From NCBI RefSeq assembly GCF_006345805.1, contig NC_043000.1:48236001-48300000 (forward strand): 64,000 nt of DNA. Reading direction: 5' to 3'. Source of the stretch: Octopus sinensis (Eukaryota). The first letter of the stretch is position 1, and each line of letters starts with the position of its first letter. A model generated the notes under the pieces. That model ran no database searches and was not told where the DNA came from. It was given only the letters and a program-made list of their open reading frames with translations. Shown here in pieces: positions 13,138 through 26,636 of the stretch. The position numbers and the translations under genes are program-made.

Positions 13138-13521
13138 TCTCTCTATATATAAACGGCAGTTTGTCTGTGTGTGTGTCTGTGTGTCTGTTAGGTTGTACCC
13201 TCACCCTGACCACGGCTTTCAACCGATTCTGATGAAACTTGATACACACATAGCCCAATGTCATAATTCAAAACTAACGCAGCGAAAATTTTGAAAAGTT
13301 CCCCCAGTTCTGAAAAAAATCGATAAATTCGACATGGGGTCGAGAATCAGAAACACAAACCACAGACTGTCTAGGGGACGCAACTCGACCTTTTAACTCT
13401 CAAAAAAAATTTACCATCATTTTTTCTTCCATTTTTTTGCTACTTTTTGGCTATAACTCTCTAAAAATGCTTTATAGTTATTTCCCTTACAAACCCGAGC
13501 AACGCCGGGTGATACTGCTAG
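13138..13521 (+). mobile_element. Non-autonomous Helitron
   Basis: A|TCTCTCTATATATAAA 5' end, subterminal hairpin CCCGAGCAACGCCGGG, CTAG|T 3' end, no TSD. Confidence 0.88.
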
Positions 13522-14001
13522 TAACTATATAAATATATCATCCTCTTCATCATCGTCGTCGTCATCATCATCATCATCATTTAACATCTGTTTTCCATGC
13601 CAGCATGGGTTAGATGGTTTGTCTGCAGCTGGTAAGCTAGGGAGTTGCACCGAGCTCCAGTCTGTTTTTGATTGGTTTCTATGGCTGGTCATAGAGGGAC
13701 AATTTTTTTTTTTTTTTCTTATTTACAAAATCAACTGATTATTATATATTACTTATTCCAGTTCTAGACAGGTTGTGGACATTCAGCCAATTGAGTCTAA
13801 CAAGTCACCTATACTGCTAAGTACTTTATAGATGTGAAACCAATGATCACTGTATGACCAGACATAACTTTTAACTTCCTGAACAATACATTAGTGCTCT
13901 AGTGCTTTAGAGTATGCTTCTTTATTACATATATAAACTACTGACAATACATACATATATATATACATATATATATGTGTGTGTGTGTATGTGTGTATTT
14001 T

Positions 14002-14270
14002 CTTTTATTCTTTTACTTGTTTCAGTACACAGTCATTTGACTGTGGCCATGCTGGAGTACAGCCTTTAGTCAAAGAAATCAACCCCAGGACTTATTCTTT
14101 TGTAAGCCTAGTACTTATTCTATCGAACTCTTTTTGCCAAAACACTAAGTTATGGGGATGTAAACATACCAACATCGGTTGTCAAGTGGTGGTGGTGGTG
14201 GTGGGAAGAAGCATAGAAAAACACACACACACACACACCACACACACACACACACACGCACACACACACA

Positions 14271-14307
<37 letters not shown>

Positions 14308-14481
14308 GTATATATACACGATGGGCTTCTTTCAGTTTCCATCTACAAAATCCACTCACGAGGCTTTGGTCATCCTGAGGCTATAGCAAAGGACATTTAG
14401 CCAAGGTGCCATGCGGTGGGACTGGATCCGGAACCATATGGTTGGGAAGCAAGCTTCTTACCACTCAGTCATGCCTGGCCC
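14002..14481 (-). mobile_element. SINE family A
   Basis: Homology to 6096-6522 with internal (CA)n. Confidence 0.88.
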
Positions 14482-15056
14482 TATAATTTAGGGATTAGAG
14501 ACAGGTATTCTCTGTATAGAATACACTTTATAGTGCTCAAGATATTTAAAGTTGAGCAGGTAGAGGATTAAATGTAAGGATAAGCAAGTTAGGCAAGCCA
14601 ATATACAAAATAAATATTAAAAACCTTTAATACAACAAATGTACATATGACGACGTTGGATGATATGTACAAATGTATTCAATGCTTTTTTGCATATCAA
14701 CTTGCCTAACTTGCTTGTCCTTACATTTATATATATATATATATATAATTGCAGCATGGAAGATGTTTGTATGCTGTTTAAGAACACACAAAAGCCATTA
14801 CTTTCACTTCAACATTTAAATTTAATTTGTGTCAAAGTTTTTTCGTCGCTTTGAAACCGCAACGTGTTCACTGATAAAACTTTGTGTAAAATTTAAAAGA
14901 TGAAGTGAAACTAATGATTTTTGTATGTTCTTAAATGGCTTACAAACATCTTCCACTCTGCAATTGTTTTCGTTTCGGCACACAATCTCAGGTCAACTCA
15001 CTTGCTATGCAAGTACATCTCTGTGTATGTATGTATATATATATATGTATGTATGC

Positions 15057-15087
<31 letters not shown>

Positions 15088-16965
15088 TGTATGTATGTAT
15101 GTATGTATGTATGTATATATATATATGACCACATGTGCTGTTCATAATATTTTTCCTTCTCTAGACTTTTCTGTTTACCTTTCTGACAAAGAAATGTCAA
15201 AAACCCTCTCTTTTTTCCCACCTTTACCAGGCATCAAACTAATACTTTCCATGTGCACGTCTTCTTGTTGTGTTATCGTTATTGCTACTGTTCAGTTTGA
15301 TTATAAATATATATAGTTATATATATATATATATATATTGCATAGCACAGTTTGACAGGAGCTGAGCTGGTGAGCCAGAGGATTGTACTAAGCTCAGCTG
15401 TCTGCTTTGGAATGGTTTCTATAGTTGGATGCCCTTCCTAACACCAACTGCTTTTCTGAGTGTATGAGTGTACTGGGTGTTTTTTAGATGCATCATAACA
15501 CTAAGTTTCAGATTGCCAATTATTCAAACAAGTGAACTACGAAATTAGTGGGGAAGCAAAAATTTTCATATGCACATTGAAATATAATTAGTCATCAAGA
15601 TTTGACTGGTTGCTGAGAAACCATTTGAAAGAGCATCTCATATTCATGTATCAAGTTCAAAATACACAGCCTCTCCATCTATTCATATTCAAAAGAATTA
15701 ATGCGATATTTTGATATCTTTATAATCAATGTATAAGACAAATGAAAGCAACAAAGGTAGCTACTGTTAATATTTTTTCTAATAATGAATATGGAATGAA
15801 TTCTTTTTCATTATGTGACCATTTTCAGCATCAATCAAAGCTCAATGACTGACCATAACTTGATATGTTTTCCAAATATTTTTTTCCAATACATAAATTG
15901 TCAAGCTGCTTTATTACAACAATATTTCAAATAATTGGGTGTGTGTCAAAGTTTTGATAAGATAAACCATCTCTCTCCTCCTCCTCTTCCTCCTCCTCCT
16001 ATTTAGTATACAGAATATTTCCCTGAGGTGTTCTGTATCAGCCATGTTGTTATTATATAGCGTTGATGTTTCAGATAACAGTTACCTTTAATATTAAATC
16101 TACTTTTATTGCAAATATAGAGAAGGAAAGAGAAAAAAATGTCATTGTTTAGAATAAAGAAATTTATGTCAAAGAAAGACAAATAAACACGGTGCAAATA
16201 ACTGGGGTGACAAGGAAAAAAAAGAAGAAAAACCTTTGATTCTATAATTTTCTAATAGAACCTTCCCAAAATCTAGCCTGAGTGAGAGAGTTAATATATT
16301 TTTATGATATAGCACAACAAGCCCCAAAGCTGAAATATTTCTCAAACATTCATATGAAAACTAGTTTATTTAGAGGAAGAAATTAGATTTGAAATTCTGT
16401 GTTGAAACAAATATTGTTATATTGTAGAAGAAACATTTTAATTTTCCCTTACCATTTTCTAAACAAATGCAATTTTGTTATAGTTCTCCCGTTAGGGGTT
16501 TTTGTCACATTTCTGCTACATACTTGAGATTAATAAATATGTTAGTTTGAAAATCTCTGAATGACAAAGGAGTGTAGCTATACAAGAATGCACAAGTTAA
16601 ATGCCTCTGTATTAAACGTGTTTTTTAACTGGAAAAAAAGCCAACATGATACTACCAAAATACAATGCAGAAAATGTGTGGAACTTTTTTGTCAGAAGTG
16701 ACAAATAGCAAAAAGAAACACAGTTTTGTTGCATTAATACCAGCATTTGTTCTTAACTTGTTTGAACATGCTGAATTCAAATACGAGGTTAGTTCTTCTC
16801 TGTAAGCTCTAGACTTTATGCAATTCAACATACTTTTTTTTCATGAAATTTGGACACCTCTCACATGATGACATGGCCCATGTGAAAAATTTGTGGCCAT
16901 ACAATCTTTAAATTAGACTCAAAATAACCACCTGATACACACACACACACACACATATATATATA

Positions 16966-17150
16966 GTTGAAATTTACAGAAAAACAAAGGACAAAGACAG
17001 GTGTAAACAACAAGCAGGTGTATTAGTTTGATGCTTGGGAAAATGAGGTCTTTTACGTTTTGAGTTTAAGCTCTTCACCAGAAAGGAATATGATAAAATA
17101 AACAGAAAGAGAATAAAAAAAACTTGAGGATTCAGCAATCAAGCATGTAT
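16966..17150 (-). mobile_element. (TA)n-embedded PLE-tail-like element with a degenerate hammerhead motif (17050-17084)
   Basis: Minus strand CTTT-CTGGTGA-A-GAG cttaaa CTC-AAAAC-GTA-AAAG; (TA)n on both sides. Confidence 0.5.
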
Positions 17151-17155
17151 ACTTA

Positions 17156-17219
<64 letters not shown>

Positions 17220-18640
17220 ATATTTAAATAGAATATAGTTATATATACAGACTAGCAGTTCTGTATTATAGCAAAATATTGTGACTGATTTAAACAATTT
17301 GTACATAAAAGTCCCTATAAAGTAATGTGACTAATATGAAAGAGAAAAAGGTTATCAAAGATGCCAGCTATTTACACCCTTTGCAGAATTTGTGAATATT
17401 TCTCGATCTCTATTTTCTCCAACAGTTTTATACTAGTCGTAACTAAACTCAACCAGTATTCTCTTCACATTCTCTAGTTCAAGAAAGAAGACTAGTTCTT
17501 CATTATTCATAATTTCCTTGTCCTCCTATATAATGTAATATTAATATAAATACATTATGTATGTAGATAAATAACTTTTCACTTATTTTAGCCATTTATT
17601 CAACCAAGCTGCAATTGGTACAGTCAAGAATGTACAAGATAGCATTATCTCCATGTATCTGCTACCATTATAAATGATACTGAGATGTTTTCCATTTTTG
17701 AACATCTGCTCTTTCATATGAAATTTCAAACTTTTCTATTTAATTCTTATCCTCAATTCCTAATTCCTGTTGCATGCAAATGTTGAATACTTTCAGTTTC
17801 AAATTAAAACTGAAAGGGAAATTAAAGGAGAAAAAAAATTATTGCATACAATAAATTATTTAGAGTTATTTGTTTGTATATATGGGTGGATGTATTGAAT
17901 TGGAAATATTTTCTTCTATGTTAGAGTCTACAGAAATATTTTGTTACAAGAACATATACATCTTTAGAAGCAGCACAAAGAATTATTACTTTCTGATTGC
18001 ATTTGACAACATACTGTATGTGAAGTAGCTCAAGAGATGAGACAATGATTAACTCCAGGTCAATTCAGATCAAGTTTGATATGTGATTAAAAGCATTCCA
18101 GCCAAGATCGTACTTTCACTTTTTGGAGAACATTTATGACTGCATTATCTGATGTGTGTCTTTGCTGTTTTTAAAATGGTAGACTATGATCTGAGGGAGA
18201 TTTTGTTACTGTTCCAAGTTAGTCAAGTAGATAGGTGACAATTCCTTCAATGGCTGTTGGGTATTGATGAAGTTTGCTCTATTGCTCAGATTATTTGCTT
18301 GGGATGTAGATAAGAGCCTCAAGTCAGTTGATAAGGCTAATAACATAACCTGTTCCTTCTACTTATTCTAATACAAAACTGCATTTCCCATCATAACAAT
18401 TTACAGCTTGGCCTAGGTGTTTTGGCTATTGATACAGAATGATACCACAAATTAAATATGAGCTTTATATATTAGATTTTAAAAAGGAATTCTGCTAGTT
18501 TATGGATAGTACACCATTTTGTGTGGTTGATTGGGAAGCAATCTTCATGATCTCATAGCCATAGCTACACTTTATATGTTTAAAAGAAGAAAAATGGAAT
18601 GACATGTTGAATATTATTAGACATCTTTTATCTTTTACCT

Positions 18641-19081
18641 ATTACTTGTTTCAGCCATTTGATTGTGGTCATGCTGGGGCACTGCCTTGAAGGGTTTTTA
18701 GTTGAACAAATCAACCCCAGAACTTAAATTTTTTAAAGCCTGGTACATATTCTATCAGTCTCTTTTGCCAAACTGCTAAGTCACAGGAATGTAAACACAC
18801 CAACAGGTTGTCACGTGGTGATTGGGCACAAACACAGGCACAAAGACACACACACATAGACACATGCACACACACACTCACATGCTCACACACACACACA
18901 CATATGCACACACACATGACAGGCTACTTCCAGTTTCAGTCTACCAAATTCACTCACAAGGCATTGGTTGGTCCGAGGCTATAGTAGATGACATTTGCCC
19001 AAGATGCCATACAGTAGGACTGAGCCTAGAACCATGTGATTGGACAGCAAGCTTATTACCATGCAACCACACCTGCACCTA
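18641..19081 (-). mobile_element. SINE family A
   Basis: Homology to 6096-6522. Confidence 0.85.
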
Positions 19082-19269
19082 TGATAAGTATCTTGATCAA
19101 AGATTTTGAACTTTAAAATCATCTCACAAACAGTAATATAAAGGCACACTGCACACTTTTTTAGAGCAAAAGAAAAATTTGGGATATGAGGTGTGAGTAC
19201 TTGGTGTGTTAATGAAGGATCACGAAATCTAGGGAGGGTTGTGAGGTCTATCTCAGCTGAGGTCCCCAT

Positions 19270-19488
19270 TTAACCTCTTAGCATTTAAACCGGCCATATC
19301 TGACACAATTTATCTACCTGTTTTATGTTTAAACTGGCCAGCTTCTCACATCTGCTCCTCAATGTCATTGTAAATTAACAATTGCATCCTTGAAATCTCA
19401 AAGCTATGAGATAATGTATGTTTAATCCAAAACAATGTGAATAAACAACCATTGTATTTGAGAGAAAAATCTGAATGCTGAAGAGCTG
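19270..19488 (-). mobile_element. piggyBac-type MITE copy (reverse orientation)
   Basis: TTAACCTCTTAGCATTTAAAC start; reverse homology to 7365-7592. Confidence 0.65.
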
Positions 19489-19505
19489 ATAATGATGGCC
19501 TAAGG

Positions 19506-19838
19506 CAGGCTAGGCCAACTCTAATTTCATTGTGGGCCACTTTAATCACAGAAAGATTTTTGAGGGGTGCTTATATACTGACAGAATTGAAAGCATTTAG
19601 TTTTCTCATGGTATTATTACAATAACGAATGAATGATCTTTGATCCAACATGAAATATTATCGTTGCAAAAACAGTTGCATCTTTCTTTTGTATTTTTCA
19701 TTTCAGTTTTTAATTTTAGATAAAATTCTTTTAAATGTTTGTTTAAATAAACTCGTTTCAAGACAGTATCAAGCAGGCCGCAAGATAAACGTCTATAGGC
19801 CACATGCAGCCTGCGGGCCTCAGGTTGGCCAGGCCCTG
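19506..19838. mobile_element. hAT-type MITE
   Basis: Imperfect TIRs CAGGCTAGGCCAAC / GTTGGCCAGGCCCTG and subterminal GGCCAC/GGCCGC/GCGGGCC motifs. Confidence 0.6.
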
Positions 19839-20743
19839 GTTTAGCATAAATTGAAATGACAGCAGTAAAATAGAGACAAAGGACTTTTTTTTTGGTTGGC
19901 AGATTCACATGCTATTGACTTACCAGAAAAGGTGGGTGGGGCAAGGGGGGGGGGAGTAAATTGGAAACGAAGTGGGTAAATTGGAATAATCATTAGAGCA
20001 CTGGACATAATTGTCATATGGCATACAGTTACAGCCCTTTGTGTTTGCAGTTCAAATCTCTCAAAAGTCGACTTTGTCTTCGATTCTTCCTGGACCATTA
20101 AAATAAAGTGTCAGTTAAGTATTAGAGTCATTCTAACAGTTTATTTTTTTAAAAAAAGACACATAAACAATCAAGTACTAAACTAATTGTTTATGTCCTT
20201 CTGTCAAATTTCCGGCCAATATCCATAGAGAGTTTGTTTAATTGTTGTTGATGTTGTCGTGAGGCCTCAAATCAACTTCGTGAAGAATATCTATATTGAA
20301 AAGAATTCCAACTATGACTGCCTTGTCTGTTTTTATTTTTATTTGCATTTTATTTATTTATTTTCAGAAATAATGTAATCGGGGTTACATTATACATTTA
20401 TAGCATTTTTTTATGGAAGTGGAGTGTGGGCTTTAAAGATATTTGGCTGCTGTTTTTAGCAGTCCAAGAGACCACGTGGCTAGTCCCTCGTTAGCTCATC
20501 TGCATTGTATTAAGATTAGGTTAGATACAGAGCCTTAATTCTAGATGTAGATTGGCTTTTATATTTTACAAGGGTTAATCTTATATCAATCATTTTCTTT
20601 GGCCTTACATTGCATGGGGCCAACTACTTTAATTGATTAAGACTGTTGTGTGTAAGTCTTGCAATTATTAGGGTTAGTGACACCATATTTATAAATGGAC
20701 TTTATAATGGGGATTTTTATTTATACCTACAGCAATTAGAATA

Positions 20744-20757
20744 GTTTCCATAGCAAC
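20744..20757. promoter_or_regulatory. RFX X-box motif
   Basis: GTTTCCATAGCAAC matches the RFX consensus, in unique non-repeat DNA; function untested. Confidence 0.35.
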
Positions 20758-21540
20758 GTTTTCCAAAAGTACTCTATAAAATCTTGTTAACAGTAGTAAT
20801 AGCTGCTGCAGTGATATATTTAAATAAACAAAATAAATGACAATATATAATGAGAATGAAAAAGAAAAATCAATTTTTTTAACATATCAATAATATATGG
20901 AATTTATCTTCACAGTGAATAAGAAATAACAACATATGGAAGCTTAGTAGTCTTTATAATGATAAAATATTGTTGTCTGTACAAGAATACAATTTTCCTA
21001 ACTTCTTACAAAACAAACATATTGAATTACATTTCTCTGTTTCAGCACGAACTTCCAACTAAAAGTAAAATATGACCAAAGCAGAAACTTGAACTCAAAT
21101 TATTTTATCAGTCTCTTGAGGATGATAAGCTGTAAGACTTATTCAGGTGTGAAGGCAATAAACAGAGATACAAATATCATTACTGTAACAAAAACATACT
21201 TAAATAGAATCCTAAGCTAATTCTACAGGATCAGAAAAACAACGATAAAATTGTTATGTATAAAATCGATAAGAACAATCTATTTGTTTTTTTATGAACA
21301 AAGATGAATTTAATACAAAAAGGAACAATATTACTACAAGTGCATCGAAACCAGAAAAATTAACACTACACAAGTAAAAATGTAACTTGGTAAATTAATT
21401 ACTGCAGCAAATGCAGCAAATGCTGAAGTAGGATCTAGACGTTTAGATTATTTAGGATTAGTGTAGCTGAGCTCATATCTATGGCAACATAAAGAATCAC
21501 AATCACTCACACCAACCAAAGAACATTTTATAAAAAAAAA

Positions 21541-21940
21541 CTAGCAGTATAGCTTGGCGTTGCTCGGGTTTGTTTTGACCCTTTAGAATTAGTGTTTTTG
21601 AAAAGTAAAAATTTGCGTAATGTAGCTTGTTATTCTCTTTAAGGGGAAATTTTTCTGGTTGAGATACACCAAAAAATGGCAACACAGCAGTCAAAAAATC
21701 GTGAAAAATAGGGATTTTCATAGAAAAAAAAGCACCTTTTTTATGTAAATAATTTTTGGTCTTAACATGGTCCGATTTGAATTTTTTCTTCTAAGGAATG
21801 AAGAGCAAGCTTTCTTCTATCATACTCTCAATTTTGGTCAACTTGCGCCGCAGGGTCTCAGAGAAGATAGTGTTAGTTGAAGGCTACCAAACCTGCCATA
21901 CACACACAGAGACAACTTCAGCTTTATATATATATATTGA
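21541..21940 (-). mobile_element. Non-autonomous Helitron (second subfamily)
   Basis: Minus strand A|TCAATATATATATATAAAG ... AAACCCGAGCAACGCCAAGCTATACTGCTAG|T; same 3' end as 13138-13521. Confidence 0.85.
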
Positions 21941-21944
21941 TCAA

Positions 21945-22440
21945 GTTTGCAGCATTTCTGTTTTGAAGCTTTTTTATCAATGTTGTGTAATAGAAACTGT
22001 AGGTACAATTTAGAGACGATGTATGCTCATTCTGCAGTAATATATATGCAAAGAAACATCCTCAGTAAGTTCCTGTTACTCTGTAAACAAGGATATTCCT
22101 TTATTGTCCAAGATAATCACACAAGGTGATGGAATAGCCATGGGTTCTCCACTCAGGCCTGCATTTGCAACATTCTGCATGGCTAGCATTGACAACAAAG
22201 ATATTCCTAAACAAAACCATATCTTACGTATGTTGATGAAATATTCATTCTGTAGGATACAGAAAAACAGGTGAATAAACTAAATAGAGTTTTCAAAAGT
22301 GATTCCAAATTTACAATTAAACATAATTCTTGCATAAATTCAGTACATACTACCACTTTTTCTTACATATAAGCATAGATGTTAGGAGCATCTGATATAG
22401 CATCACCAAATACATAAAAAAAAACAATAACAAATGCTTA
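21945..22440 (+). pseudogene. Penelope-like element reverse transcriptase fossil
   Basis: QGDGIAMGSPLRPAFATFCM from 22122 (QxxGxAMGSPL motif), frameshifted YLTYVDEIFIL (YVDD motif, ~22220-22250), then KFTI; stops and frameshifts. Confidence 0.75.
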
Positions 22441-23242
22441 TGTGTGCATAAGAACAGTGTATATCTGAAGTGAACCATTAAATTTTCACTATAATCATCA
22501 TCATCATCATATTGCTGATATTTTAAACATTCTCATTGATAGTAGCCTACTTCCCTATCATCACCTATACCATCATCATCATTGTCATCAGTAGCAGCAG
22601 CAGCAACATTATCATCATCATCATCGTTATTATTATCATCATCATTGTTCTCACTACAATCCTCCTTCTCATCATCACATGCAAATGACAGAGACCTCTA
22701 ACCAACCAGCTAGACATAGCTGTTCGATCACAGCTAAATACCAATAAGCTCATGGTGCATGAGGAAGCCACTGCATGGTCACTCAAAATGCTTGAAATAG
22801 TAGTCAGATCTTCCTTAAATCACACTACTGTCTACTAAAAGGAATGTCATATTGATAATTACAGTTTTGGATATGTAAAAAGATGTTGATGTTACTGTTA
22901 CTGTTTAACCCTAGCTTGAGTGGACATAAGCATTCCAACTATGACCATCCTGTCTTTTTTCTATTTGTAAGGAACCTCACACCACATTATTCAATGTTTC
23001 CTTTTCTAAAGTGGAGGAGGGTAGTGATTTAAAGGATATTTGGCTGCTGTTTCTCACAGATTGACCCCAGTACTTATTTTTAAAGTCTTTTACTTATTCT
23101 ATCAGTCTCTCTGGCTGAACAGCTGAGTTTCGGGGACATAAACAAAGCAACACCAGATATGAAGTAGTGGGAGTTGGGGACAAAGAAAGACACAAAAACA
23201 CACACACACTACATGTGTTTGTGTGTGTGTTTGTGTGAATAA

Positions 23243-23456
23243 TCCTTTCTGCTATAGGCACAAGGCTGGAAATTTAGAGCAGGGGAAAGATGATTAGATC
23301 GATCCTTGTATGCAACTGGTACTTATTTAATCGACCCTGAAAGGATGAAAGGCAAAGTCAACTGCGGCAGAATTTGAACTCAGAACATAGCAGGAGACAA
23401 AATACCGCTAAGCATTTCACCCGGCATGCTAACATTTCTTCCAGCTCGTTGCCTTA
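23243..23456 (-). mobile_element. SINE family B
   Basis: Homology to 4215-4444. Confidence 0.85.
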
Positions 23457-25601
23457 ATATATATACAATAGGTTGCCATGCAGTTTCTATCAAACAAATT
23501 GACACACAAAGCTTTGGTCAGCCTGAGGCTATTGTACAAGACACTGATGTGCAGTGGGGCTGAACTTAAAACCACCTGGTTGCAAAGCAACCTTCTCAAC
23601 CACACAGCCATGCCAGCACTTGGTCTGATGGCCATGGCTAGAATACTTTTAGCTACAGGTCTGGTTGATCAGAGTTGGCTGGCACCAAATACTAGTAATA
23701 TCTGTTATATGATACCAATATGGTAACTTCTATGTAGCAGCTCACTCTGTTAGAAATAGCAGCCAAATCTTTCTTGAATCATATCTTACTGTTTTACAGA
23801 ATGAAAGAGTAAGATACAGTGGATAATGGTAGTGTTAGATATCAAAATGAATGCAAGATGGTCACAGTTTAATCATCATAGGTCTAGCTAATAAGAGCTG
23901 ACCAGGGGCTAAACAACAACAGCAAAAACTAACGAAGACATTACTTCTGAATGTAGTCAGTGTATTTACCTCTGTGTCATCTAATTGTCTGTTCTTATTT
24001 GACATTTCTACAGGCAAGGGTTTTAAGTGCTTTGTTCAGGGTTGAGGCCTTGAGCTATTAGTGGTGAGATATCAACTCACCATAATATCAACTCACATAC
24101 TAACATTGTAACCATTCAGCTATGAGATGAATAGATACAATAGCCATTATTTACTAAAGTTTCTTTAAGTTTTGTACAAACATTATCAAATAACTATTAA
24201 TTTCAGTTTAGGTGAATTGAAGGATGTCAAACTGTGTATAGACTGTCTGTTTTCTGGAGCTATCTATTCAATAAGAATTATAAATTCTACTAGAAAACGA
24301 GTTGCCATTTATTTATATTCACATCTAAAAATTATTTTAGAGTTGTAGTTTAAAATCATGTATTTAAGAGTTAAAATCCTATCATCACAATTCACCATTT
24401 CTTTCAACACACTGGGATACTTTACCATAATATTCTAATGGCTATTTTCTTTTGCAAGATGGGTTTGTTTAATATCTTCTTTCCATTTCACATTTCTTTA
24501 CAGAGACTGTCAATTCCATTTCCCTGAAATCAGTACCAATAATTTCTTTACACTAACACTAGTAATTGAATGATGGAGCAGATTTAGTTTGAAAATAGAT
24601 TTAAAAACTTTTCTAGAAGCTTCTTTCGCTTTTGGCTTTGTCTGATTTTCCAGTTTTGTTTTCTTTTTACTTTTTGGAAGTAAAATAAAATAAAGATAGT
24701 TATCTCAATTGAATCAAAACTTTTGAGAATATATTTAACATTTTTGGATCACTTTTCCTGTGAGGATAAAATTACAGTTGCCACAGTATCAGAAGCAAGC
24801 ATTCATTATCATATAGAAAGTACACACTAAGGAATGTGCAAAAGAAGTAGTGAGAGCAGATCATAGTGTACTAAGGTCTCGCAGTTAAGGTAATGGAAGG
24901 CTAAAATGAGTGATGATAAGTCATAGTGTAAGAAGCATTCAAACTAATTCAGTATGTGAGAAAGAAACTTCAGACCATTGATAGGTTTAGTGAGGATGTT
25001 TTATATTTATTTTCATTACTACTTGGCTACTATTTCCCTTGTAAGTTTGAGTCAAATATCAAACTTGTGCAATTCATTTAAATAATTTACAAATTAGTTA
25101 TTAAGGGAAAATACTGTTACAAACTGCTGTTAGTTTCTATTTTTGTTTGTCAACCAATCACATATGATGGTGCTTGTCACAGGATGTGATACCTTTGTGA
25201 ACATACTATTCTGGAGTAAATATTTCTAAAAAAATAGACATACCAACTCCAGACTATTCTGTACATAATACAACTTTAATCTGTGTTAATCTTTTCTCTT
25301 GTGTGTGTACTGTAACATTTGAAATCAAATCAAGAGTAGATTATATTAGGATAAGACAAGAACAAAATTATTGTAAAAAAAAATACTGCTTCTAGTAGTA
25401 TACATTGCTCACCTATGACACCTAGAATGCATAGCAGAAGCTTGAATGGAAGCAGTATGCAGCTTGGTAGGTTAGGGTAGCAGTGGCTGGTTTAGTAACA
25501 AAAGTGACTGAAATGAAACAACATGTCTATGATATAAAGTTTTAATGTGCTGATGGGTGAGGTTTACTGAATGGCCTTCTCTTTTGTGTTTGCATAAACA
25601 G

Positions 25602-25645
25602 CAGGTGACCTAGCTAGGGCATGTGCACAGTACCCTAATGTCAAG
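25602..25645 (+). CDS. Candidate internal microexon of an unidentified gene (GDLARACAQYPNVK)
   Basis: Pyrimidine tract CCTTCTCTTTTGTGTTTGC, tandem acceptor CAG/CAG, one open frame only, strong donor AAG|GTAAGG; lies in repeat-free DNA. Confidence 0.4.
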
Positions 25646-26518
25646 GTAAGGAAATAAACCCATTAGAACTTCAGATAAAATGTTGTGCGATAATTGTTCT
25701 CGTTGTCTGTATCCTGAGTTCAAATTCTGCTACTAGCAGCTTTGAGTTTGACCATTTTCCAGTTTTAGGATTGATTAAATACTTGCCATAGACTGATACT
25801 TCTTACTTCTTTCACTCTCTCAGAATTAGTTGTTGCTTGCCAACAAGATTGTTTATTTTGGGGGGAGGTGGGGGACTCTGGAAAGGAGAAAAGAATTACT
25901 TTTGTAACTTCCATGTAAATCCCATGGAGAGATTTCGTGCATGTCACAGTGCTCACCAAGAGTAGTTTCTCTCAAGAATCAGCAAATGATTAAGTAGGAC
26001 GCATAGTCTGGCTTTGAAATGGAAGCCAAGTCTTTGAGCGCAGTTTTTGATATTAATATATTTGTAGAATTGCAATGAGAAAAAGTGAGAAATTGTGAGA
26101 TATTTGTTGAAAATTTTAGGGTTTGAGAATTATGTGATATTTGTGCATTGGCAGCATGATGGTGCAAGACTGTGGATGGGTGTTATAGAATGATTCTAGA
26201 TTTAGATTCCAGCAAAATAAAAACTGGGTATCAGTAGTATTTACAGTTTATTAAGGTTTACACACTTATGGCTACAAGGAACATAAATGATCAATAGGTC
26301 AAAACAGTTAAATTTATTATTTGGCATTATGCCAGTTTTCTACAGAATAAATGCTGCTGTTTGTCACTTGAAAATTTTTTTAGTTTTTTTGATTTTATTT
26401 CTTTTTAATCATATATTTCATTACATGACTTTCTTTTACTTATAATAGATCCAATACTGTACATAAAGTTAACTGTTGGTGTGATATAATTTGTATTATT
26501 TTATAATTTCTCTTTCTC

Positions 26519-26636
<118 letters not shown>

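Noticed and set aside
25850-26220. Possible old LINE C-terminus on the - strand (FYKYIN...C)
   Set aside because: Similarity too weak without a search
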